From an uncultured Treponemataceae bacterium (GTDB lineage: Bacteria; Spirochaetota; Spirochaetia; Treponematales; Rectinemataceae): 49,592 nt of DNA. The notes under the pieces were generated by a model. The model saw nothing but the letters and a program-made list of their open reading frames with translations, was not told the origin of the DNA and searched no databases. The stretch covers positions 1 through 49,592 of the forward strand of contig CAYPHO010000001.1 of NCBI GenBank assembly GCA_964410245.1. Reading direction: 5' to 3'. Shown piece after piece: positions 7,976 through 15,441 of the stretch. Position numbers and translations under genes: made by a program. How positions within the stretch are numbered: position 1 is the stretch's first letter; each line of letters opens with the position of its first letter.

Positions 7976-9252
7976 ATCTCGCCTCCCTCCGGCCCGAAGG
8001 CCCTCGAGCGGAACTCGGCCGGGCTCTCGCCGGCGAAGCGCCTGAAGACGCGGGCGAAGTAGGCGGGATCCCGGTAGCCCACCATGGCCGAGGCCTCCTT
8101 CACCGAGAGCCCCGGCGAGGAGAGATAGGCCTTGGCCCGCTCCACGCGCAGCCTGGCCAGGCAGTCCGCGAAGCCCGAGCCCGCGTGGCGGCAGAGCAGC
8201 CTCGAGAGATGCGAGGGCGAGACGCCGAGCGCGAGCGCGACGGACTCGAGCGACAGCTCCTCGGCGTGCCGCTCCTCGAGGAGCTCGAGGGCGCGCAGGG
8301 CGGTCTTCCTTCCCGCCGCAGGCCGCGGCTTCCCGCCTCCCGCGGAGGCGCCCGCGCCGGGCGCCCCGGGAAGGGCCGAGAGCGCGAGGACGAGGACCGG
8401 GCGGGAAGGGCCGGCGAGGGCGGCCGCGCGGCGCGCCGCCCTCGCGAGCTCGGCGGTCGCGCCGGGGGCCGGGCGCGGCGAGGCCGCGGCCCCGACGAGG
8501 ACGGAAAGGCCCAGCTCGTCGCGGGCCCGGGCGACGAGTTCCTCGAGCCGGGGAGCCAGCTTATCGCCGCAGGCGACGCCCTCGCCGCAGGCGACGAGGC
8601 ACAGGACGAAGCCGTCGCCCGAGCCGGCGATCGCGAGGCCGCGATCCGGGGAGAGAGCGCGCTCGGCGAGGGCGGCGGCGGACCTCGAGGCGCCGGCGCG
8701 GCGCGAGGCCTCGCCCTCGATGCGCATCGCCACGACGGCCCCGACGCGCTCCCCCTTCCCCGCCAGCTTGAGGCAGCGCGCGATCAGGTCCTCCGGCACG
8801 AGTCCCCTGCCGAGCTCCGAGCGGAGCTCCCCTTCCAGGATGGACGCCGCCTCCTCGATGCCCGCCTCGCCGATCGGCTCGCGGGAGGAGAGGGCGCGCT
8901 CGAGGGCCGCGGCGACTTCCTCGGCCGAGGCGGGCTTCAGGAGGAAGTCCTCGACCCGGAGCCGGAGCGCGCTGCGCGCGTACTCGAAGCTGTCGTAGGC
9001 CGTCAGGAACACGATCGGCAGCCCGGGCCTCGAGCGCCTGAGCTCGCGGGCGGTCTCGATGCCGTCCATTCCGGGCATCCTGATGTCGAGGAAGGCGGCG
9101 TCGAGCGGCCCGGAGCCGGCCGCGGCCAGGGCCTCGAGGCCGTTCGAGGCCTCGAGCATCTCGAGCTCGGGCATGCCCTCGGCCCCGAGGATGAGCCTGA
9201 GCGCGCGCCGCTCCAGCTCCTCGTCGTCGGCGACGAGCACCCTACGCGGCAT
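7972..9252 (-). CDS. Response regulator: receiver domain plus AraC-type HTH (YesN-like)
   Basis: From ORF 7972..9471, trimmed to ATG 9250-9252 (MPRRVLVADDEELE..., GGGAGGGAGG upstream). Receiver motifs are DIRMPGMDG and FLTAYD..KP. The C-terminal AraC HTH is SPSHLSRLL...GYRDPAYFARVFRR. Confidence 0.85.
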   Translation of the reverse strand: MPRRVLVADDEELERRALRLILGAEGMPELEMLEASNGLEALAAAGSGPLDAAFLDIRMPGMDGIETARELRRSRPGLPIVFLTAYDSFEYARSALRLRVEDFLLKPASAEEVAAALERALSSREPIGEAGIEEAASILEGELRSELGRGLVPEDLIARCLKLAGKGERVGAVVAMRIEGEASRRAGASRSAAALAERALSPDRGLAIAGSGDGFVLCLVACGEGVACGDKLAPRLEELVARARDELGLSVLVGAAASPRPAPGATAELARAARRAAALAGPSRPVLVLALSALPGAPGAGASAGGGKPRPAAGRKTALRALELLEERHAEELSLESVALALGVSPSHLSRLLCRHAGSGFADCLARLRVERAKAYLSSPGLSVKEASAMVGYRDPAYFARVFRRFAGESPAEFRSRAFGPEGGEI

Positions 9253-10765
9253 CGCCGCCTCCCTCCCTAAGGGGCAGCGAGACCCGCACGATCGTCCCCT
9301 TCCCCGGCCGCGAGGCGATGGCGAGGGCCGCGGCCTCGCCGTAGCGGTAGGCGAGGCGCTCCTCGAGGTTGGCCATGCCGATGCCCGGCCCGCCCTGCCC
9401 GGGCACGGCCTGGGGCCTCGAGCCCGCGCCCGCGGCCGCGGCGCGCAGCCGCTCGAGCAGGCCGCGCCCAATGCCGACGCCCGAGTCCGCGACGACCAGC
9501 CTCACGCGGGAGCCGCGCAGCCGCGCGGACACGACCACGCGGCCTCCCTCGACCTTGGGCTCGACGCCGTGGCGTACCGCGTTCTCCACGATCGGCTGCA
9601 GGATGAAGCGCGGGACGCTCAGGGACTCGGCCTCGGGATCGGAGCGGATCTACCACTCGAGGCGCTCGCCGAAGCGCATGCTCTGGAAGGTCAGGTACTC
9701 GCGGAGCACCGAGAGCTCCTCGCCCAGGGTCGAGAAGGCCCCGCCCTCGGACAGGGAGTAGCGCATGAGCTTCCCGAGGCTGGTCGCGAGGAGCTCGGTC
9801 CTGGGCGCGAGCTCGAGGAGGGCGCTGCGCGAGATGGTGTTGAGCGCGTTGAAGAGGAAGTGCGGCCTGATCTGGTCCTGCAGGTTCATGAACTGGGCCT
9901 CGCGGAGGGCGCGGCCCATCGAGACGCCGCGCAGGGTCTCGTCGTGAAGGAGGCGCTCGAGCTCGGCCTTCTCCTTGAGCCCCTCGATCAGCGCGCGGAT
10001 GTTCGCGCTCATCGCGTTGAAGTCCCTGGCGAGGTCGGCCACCTCGTCCTTGGTCGCGACGCGCACCGGCTCGACGTCGAGGTCGCCGGAGGCCATCCGG
10101 TCCGCGGCCTCCGCGAGCCTGCGGACCGGCGAGGCGATCGAGCGCGCGAAGAAGGCGGCGAAGCCGAGGGCCAGCGCGCCCGCGGCGACGAGTCCGATGA
10201 TGGCTATCCTTCGCCGGGAAGCGGCGACCGCCAGCGCCTCCTCGTAGCGCTCGGTGCCCGTGGCCATCGAGATCGAGAGCAACTTGCCCAGGTAGCCGTC
10301 CACGTAGGCGGCGACCCGATCGGCGCGCTGATAGGCCTCGTAGGCGCCCTCGAGCCCCGACGCCCTCGAGTCCAGGGCCGGCTCGACCGCGGCCTTCCAG
10401 GCCTCGATACCGCGGCGGGCCGCCCTCGCCTCGAAGAAGGCCTCGATAGGCTCGTCCGGATCCGCCGAGAGCGCGGCCGCTTCCTCCGATATGCCGGAAA
10501 GGTAGTCGGCGAGGGCCGCCCGCTGGACCTCCTAGCGCTCGCGCATGTAGCGCTCGCCCAGGGAGCGGAATTCGGAGAGGGCCGCGCGGAGGCTCTGGAT
10601 CGAGTAGTGCCGGGCGAGCCTGGCCTCGAACTCCAGCCCCGCCTTCGACGCGGCGTCCTGGGCGAAGAGCTCGACCGCGGTGACGATCGCGATGGTCAGG
10701 GCGTACGCGGCGAGGAGCTTCCCGCGGATCCCGATCCGTGGCGCGGCCATGCCCCCCTCGCTCAC
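9242..10765 (-). pseudogene. YesM/LytS-type sensor histidine kinase interrupted by two in-frame TAG codons
   Basis: ORF-track pieces 10532..10765, 9650..10303 and 9242..9589 are all in the same frame. I translated the gaps by hand and found no other stops. The internal TAGs lie at 10532-10534 and 9650-9652 (complement). The conceptual product is fully canonical: TM1, a periplasmic domain, TM2, HAMP, the His_kinase motif QIRPHFLFNALNTI, and HATPase_c (ILQPIVENAVRHG, GIGMANLEERL). Confidence 0.8.
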
Positions 10766-11556
10766 TCCGGGGGATAGCCGAGGGCCGAGGAGATGCGGGC
10801 CGCGGCCGCGACGACGGCGGCCGCCGGCCCGGAGGGATCGGTCGCGTCGTAGCGGAACCTGGGCCAGGACGCCGAGAGCGCGGCGACCAGGGCGCCTTCC
10901 CGGTCGAAAACCGGGGCGCCGATGCAGACTATGCCCTCCTCGTGCTCCTCGTCATCCATCGCGAAGCCCTGGGAAGCGACCTTCTTGAGCTCCGCGTCGA
11001 GGGCGGCGCGCTTGGACAGGGTCTTCGGCGTATGGGCGACGAGCCTGACGTCCTCGAGCGAGGCCCTGCGCGTCTCGGCGTCCGAGAAGGCGAGGAGGAC
11101 CTTGCCGATCGCCGTGCAGTAGAGGGGGATGCGCCGGCCGACGCGCGAGAACATGCGGATCGTGTACTTGGACTCGATCTTCAGGATATAGACCGCGGAA
11201 TCGCCCTCGAGGACGCCCATGTGGACCGTCTCCCCCAGCTCCTCCGCGAGCTCCTCGGCGACGGGGCGCGATATCGCGTGGAGGTCCAGGTGGTCGAGGG
11301 CCCTGGAGCCGACGTTGAAGAGCTTGAGCGTGATCGCCCAGCGGTCACCCTCGATGCGCCTGGCGTAGCCCAGCGACTGCAGCGTCAGGAGGAAGCGGTA
11401 GACCGTCGGCTTGGCGAGGGCGACGGCGCGCGACAGCTCCTCCAGGCCGACGGACCTCGTCCGCGACATGCTTTCCAGGATAGCGAGCGCGCGGGCCGCG
11501 GCGCTGACCACCGGGCCGCGATCCTGCGCCGGCGCGGCGCTGCGTTTCTTCGCCAA
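10762..11556 (-). CDS. IclR-family transcriptional regulator (KdgR-like by context)
   Basis: A 264-aa ORF with a TTG start and GAGGT upstream. The N-terminal wHTH is ARALAILESM...GLEELSRAVALAKPTVYRFLLTL, followed by a C-terminal IclR effector domain. Stop is TGA. Confidence 0.85.
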   Translation of the reverse strand: MAKKRSAAPAQDRGPVVSAAARALAILESMSRTRSVGLEELSRAVALAKPTVYRFLLTLQSLGYARRIEGDRWAITLKLFNVGSRALDHLDLHAISRPVAEELAEELGETVHMGVLEGDSAVYILKIESKYTIRMFSRVGRRIPLYCTAIGKVLLAFSDAETRRASLEDVRLVAHTPKTLSKRAALDAELKKVASQGFAMDDEEHEEGIVCIGAPVFDREGALVAALSASWPRFRYDATDPSGPAAAVVAAAARISSALGYPPE

Positions 11557-11621
11557 AATCGTACCTCGGTTCCATTCTGCGCGAGTACCGGCGACTCGTC
11601 AAGGACGGCGAACGGGGCGGG

Positions 11622-12227
11622 CTAGGCCTTCCTCGCGATCATGATGAAGTACTTGAGCAGGCCGAGGGCCCTGACTTCCTCGAAGCGCAGGATCTCGAGG
11701 CCGATCTCGATCGCGTAACGCTTGAACTCGTCCGCGGAAAGCATCTCGCCGTAGGGATGCGCGGTCAGGCGCTTGAAGATCCTGCCGGCGGCGAACTCGA
11801 AGGACTCCCGCGACATGTCCTCCATGACGAGGAGGCCGCCGGGCTTAAGTACGCGCCGCAGGGCGCCGAGGCCGGCGCGCCAGTCCGCGTAGTTATGCAG
11901 GTCCGCCAGGTTGAAGACCGCATCGAAGGAGCCTTCAGGGAAGTCCATGGAGAAGACGTCGCCGGCCAGGAACTCGAAACGCCCCGGATCGTGCGTGGCG
12001 CGAGCTATCTCGACCAGCTCGCTCTCCCGCTCGATCGCGGTCAGGAAGCGGGGCGCGAAGGCGCGCATGAGCTGCGACGAGGATGAGCCGACCCCGCAGG
12101 CGATCTGCAGCGCGCGCCCGATGCCGTCGATATCCGTCGCCTTCCGTAAAGGGCGGACTTCCATCAGCTCCCGCACGAAGGCGCGGGCGCGGTTGTTCTC
12201 GAGGTAGTACTCGAAGTCCTTCCTCAC
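11622..12227 (-). CDS. Class I SAM-dependent methyltransferase
   Basis: This is the last 201 codons of ORF 11622..12944. The GTG start at 12225-12227 overlaps the upstream GT4 stop (GTGA). The SAM motif is ALQIACGVG, followed by FDAVFNL and LKPGGLLVMED. Confidence 0.75.
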   Translation of the reverse strand: MRKDFEYYLENNRARAFVRELMEVRPLRKATDIDGIGRALQIACGVGSSSSQLMRAFAPRFLTAIERESELVEIARATHDPGRFEFLAGDVFSMDFPEGSFDAVFNLADLHNYADWRAGLGALRRVLKPGGLLVMEDMSRESFEFAAGRIFKRLTAHPYGEMLSADEFKRYAIEIGLEILRFEEVRALGLLKYFIMIARKA

Positions 12228-13411
12228 GCCGCCCCCTCGGCCCTGGAGCCCTTTATCGAGAGGATATCGAGATAGCGCCCCTTCACCTCGCGCGCCACGT
12301 CCTCCCAAGAGCGGCAGAGCGTGCGCTGGGCCTCGGCGCCGACGGCGGCGAGGGCGCGGCGATCGCCGAGGGCGCGGGCGACGACGGCCGCGTAGGCTTC
12401 CTCCCGAGCCTCGGAGAGGTAGCCGTTGACGCCGTCCCGGATCACCTCGGCGGCGGTCGAGCCGGCCAGGAGCGCCGAGGGCGTCCGGAAGGCGGCCGCC
12501 TCGCGGACGACCAGGGGCGCGTTGTCCCAGAGCGAGGGGAGGAGGAAGACGTCGCCCCTCGCGTAGATCGCGCCCAGCTCCTCGCGATCGGACACGGGCC
12601 CGTGGAAGAGGACGCGGGGGCCGAGCCCCAGCCGCGCGCACAGGGCCTCGAGCCGCGGCCGCGCACAGCCCTGCCCGACGAAGACCATGCGGAAGCTCGG
12701 AACGCGCCTGACGATTTCGGGGAGGGAGCGTATCAGGAACTCGAGGTTCTTCTCGAGGATGTGCTGGCCCACGAAGAGGCCGACCGCCTCGCCCCTCCCG
12801 ATCCCCAGGATCGCCTCGCCGCGATCGCGCGCCTCCTCGATATCCCGGGGCATGCAGTAGTCGATCCCGTTCTCGACGACCTCGCAGCGGCCGCGGTAGC
12901 CGTACTCGCGTAAGGCGTCCTCGACCGAGCCCTGGGGCACCCATACCTCGTCGACCGAGTGGTAGAAGTCGACGATGCGGCGCATCTCGGCCTCGACGAC
13001 GCGCTCGAAGGGTATCGCCAGGCGGAGATTGTCGCGGAACTTCGAATGGAAGGTGGCGACGATGGGAAGCCCCGACTCGCGGGCGATCCGCAGGGCCAGG
13101 CGGCCCGCCCCGAAGGGCGAGTGCGCGTGCAGCAGGGAGAAACGCCGCTTCCCCATGCGGCGCCGCAGCGTAGGGTCGAGGCCGGGAAGTCCTACTCGGT
13201 ACGGAGGATGCACGAAGGTGGGGATCGAGAAGAAGCGGAGTATGGGGAAATCCTCGACTTCCCTGTGGAAGGGCGCCGAGGGAGCGACCACGCAGGCCGG
13301 CCCGAGCATCCTATTGAGCCAATACGCGTAATTGCGGACGGCCAGGGTGACGCCGTCGATGATCGGCGTGAAGCTGTCGTTAAAAAGGCCGATCGATACG
13401 CTACTCTCCAT
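12224..13411 (-). CDS. Family 4 glycosyltransferase (GT-B), resembling diacylglycerol glycosyltransferases
   Basis: A 395-aa ORF. The N-terminal FNDSFTPIIDGV is typical of MGS-type GT4 enzymes. C-terminal features are ...LLPSLWDNAPLVVREAAAF..P and the E..G motif region. Confidence 0.8.
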   Translation of the reverse strand: MESSVSIGLFNDSFTPIIDGVTLAVRNYAYWLNRMLGPACVVAPSAPFHREVEDFPILRFFSIPTFVHPPYRVGLPGLDPTLRRRMGKRRFSLLHAHSPFGAGRLALRIARESGLPIVATFHSKFRDNLRLAIPFERVVEAEMRRIVDFYHSVDEVWVPQGSVEDALREYGYRGRCEVVENGIDYCMPRDIEEARDRGEAILGIGRGEAVGLFVGQHILEKNLEFLIRSLPEIVRRVPSFRMVFVGQGCARPRLEALCARLGLGPRVLFHGPVSDREELGAIYARGDVFLLPSLWDNAPLVVREAAAFRTPSALLAGSTAAEVIRDGVNGYLSEAREEAYAAVVARALGDRRALAAVGAEAQRTLCRSWEDVAREVKGRYLDILSIKGSRAEGAA

Positions 13412-14261
13412 CGCGGGCCTCCTTCAGGGCCGTCCTCGCCTCGCCGCGGAGAGCGGCCATGAGGGGCGCGTCGATCCGCCGGTTGTCCCGGAACATCCGT
13501 AATAGGACGATAGCCCTGCCCGGGCAGCGGTGCATGCACCTCCCGCAGAGCTCGCAGCGATCCGGGTCGTGGGCGGGCCCGTCCTCTCCCATGGACCAGG
13601 CCCCGCGCCGGCACATCTCGACGCAGGAGCCGCAGGAGGAGCAGCGCTCCCCGATCACGCGCACGTGCCAGCGGAAGAGATCGAAGTGATTCAAGAAAAG
13701 AAGCTGGAGGAGCTGAGTGAAGGGCGTATACCACTTCGGCGGGGGAATCTCCTCGCGGATCCCGGGGTCGCGGGCTATGGCCAGGATCTCGCCGGCGACG
13801 GCGCGCAGCTTCTCGGGGAAGCGCCTCTCGAAGCGGAACCACCAGGGAATGAGGCCGCTGGGCAGGGCCAGCGTGACGTCGCTTCCGGGCGCGTGGATCG
13901 CGGCCGAGCCCGCGACGGCGAGGCCGCGCTCCTTAAGGAGGAGCGAGAGGCGCCGGATCGAGTTCTCGGTATAGAGCTCGCAGGTCGTGACGACGTAGGC
14001 CGGCCGAGGCCGATCGGAGGGCGGAAGGCTCTCCGCGAACTCCCGCATGGAAGGAGCGGGCTTCAGGTAGTAGGTCGGGTAGCACAGGACCAGGAGATCC
14101 CGGGACGAGGCGAGCTCGCGCGCGCTCGGGTCCTCGATCGAGGCGACCGCGCAATCGACGCCCTCCGACACCAGCTCGCCCAGGAGGGCCGCGACGACCT
14201 CGGTGCCGCCCGTTCCCGAGAAGTACAGTATCGCGACGCTCCGCGCCCGCGGCGGCGTCAC
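13401..14261 (-). CDS. Flavodoxin-like domain fused to a 2x[4Fe-4S] ferredoxin domain (EFR1-type)
   Basis: A 286-aa ORF. The N-terminus is ILYFSGTGGTE (flavodoxin-like). C-terminal Cys clusters are CSSCGSCVEMC and CELCGRCMHRCP. The GTG start overlaps the SDR stop, and the TAG stop lies 11 nt inside the GT4 gene. Confidence 0.7.
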   Translation of the reverse strand: MTPPRARSVAILYFSGTGGTEVVAALLGELVSEGVDCAVASIEDPSARELASSRDLLVLCYPTYYLKPAPSMREFAESLPPSDRPRPAYVVTTCELYTENSIRRLSLLLKERGLAVAGSAAIHAPGSDVTLALPSGLIPWWFRFERRFPEKLRAVAGEILAIARDPGIREEIPPPKWYTPFTQLLQLLFLNHFDLFRWHVRVIGERCSSCGSCVEMCRRGAWSMGEDGPAHDPDRCELCGRCMHRCPGRAIVLLRMFRDNRRIDAPLMAALRGEARTALKEARDGE

Positions 14262-15121
14262 GACCGCGCCCTCGCGGCAAGGTCCGCATCGGCCGTCCCG
14301 GCGGCGGCCCGGGGCCGGACGGATTCGTCCCGTTCGGCGAAGCCGCCCCAGTAATGGCGGATAACGCGCATGGCGAGGCCGCGCGGGGCGAAGCGGGAAA
14401 GCGCCGCCAAGGCTCGATTGAAGCGGCCGGGCACGATGACCGCCTTGCCGGCCGCGGCGCCGTCGAGGGCGATGCGGGCGATCCTCTCGGGCCGCATGCA
14501 GGCGAGGCGCGCCGCCAGGCCGAGCTCCGAGGCGTAGCCGTCCACGCAGGCGTTGGTCAGTATGGCGTTCGGGCAGAGGACGCTGACGCTCGCGCGCCTT
14601 CCCAGCTCGGCGCCCAGGGCCAGGCTGAAATCGAGGACGAAGCCCTTGGTCGCGGAATAGACCGCGAGGCTCGGCATGGGGAAGAATGACCCGAGGCTCG
14701 CCACGTTGAGGATCCGGAGCCTATCGTCTTGCTCCCGCTCCTCGAGGACGAGGGACGTCAGCTCGACCAGGGCGATCGCGTTGAGCCGGATGGTCGCGAC
14801 GTGATGCCGGAGGGGAAGGTCCGAGAAGAGGCCGACGCCGCCCAGCCCCGCGTTGTTGATGAGCATCATGGGGCCGCGGGGCCTGGCGCGCAGGAGAGCG
14901 CGCAACGCGTCGATGGTCGCGCCCTCGGATAAGTCGCCCTCGACGCAGTCGACCTTGACCCCCGCGCCGCGGGCGATCGACTCGCCCGTCTCCCGCAGTC
15001 CCTCGCCGGGAAGGGAGGACAGGATGAGATCCATGCCCCGCGCCGCGCACTCGGCGGCGAAAGCCCTGCCGAGGCCCATGCTCGCGCCGGTAATAAGCGC
15101 GAGCTCCCTGGCTCGTTCCAT
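14258..15121 (-). CDS. Short-chain dehydrogenase/reductase
   Basis: A 287-aa ORF with TGASMGLG, NNAG and the YSATK catalytic motif. GGAGG lies upstream of the ATG. It is the first gene of the four-gene operon. Confidence 0.85.
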   Translation of the reverse strand: MERARELALITGASMGLGRAFAAECAARGMDLILSSLPGEGLRETGESIARGAGVKVDCVEGDLSEGATIDALRALLRARPRGPMMLINNAGLGGVGLFSDLPLRHHVATIRLNAIALVELTSLVLEEREQDDRLRILNVASLGSFFPMPSLAVYSATKGFVLDFSLALGAELGRRASVSVLCPNAILTNACVDGYASELGLAARLACMRPERIARIALDGAAAGKAVIVPGRFNRALAALSRFAPRGLAMRVIRHYWGGFAERDESVRPRAAAGTADADLAARARS

Positions 15122-15441
15122 ACACTACCTCCGCTCGCGAGGCGTCGCCGGAAGAATGCTGCCCGCGATCCGCCGACCTAATCGCGCGGAAACATAGACG
15201 GCCCGCCGGCGCGCCGCGCGGACCCAGGCCCGGAATCATCCCGAGGCCGCTAGTATAATATTTATCCCCGGTAGCTAGGGCAAGCTTCCGAGCGGGGAGA
15301 GCGCGGCGCGACCAGCAGATCGCGTTCCGAAAGAGCTCCCAGAGGGTTAATGAAAAATACGGCGATTCGTTACCTTTCGTCGCGGAACGCGTATATGAGG
15401 AGTACGCGCTATATTCGACCGCATATAGAAGGAGGAACGAT

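Noticed and set aside
9242-10765. Whether the two in-frame TAG codons in the kinase gene mean TAG is reassigned as a sense codon (or pyrrolysine) in this organism
   Set aside because: TAG terminates at least 12 well-supported genes in this window at their expected C-termini: both DctP genes, the kinase itself, the methyltransferase, the ferredoxin fusion, DUF4139 (TAG TAG), malQ, the GHL protein, the phosphoesterase, the 450-aa secreted protein, LysE and trxA. No pyl or suppressor-tRNA genes are visible. Nonsense mutation or sequencing error is the simpler reading. Local read-through remains only a remote possibility.
15240-15441. Whether a riboswitch (for example cyclic-di-GMP) lies upstream of the DUF4139 gene
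   Set aside because: I could not find any conserved riboswitch core sequence I know. Only two short AU-rich hairpins are present, so I kept this as a low-interest note only.
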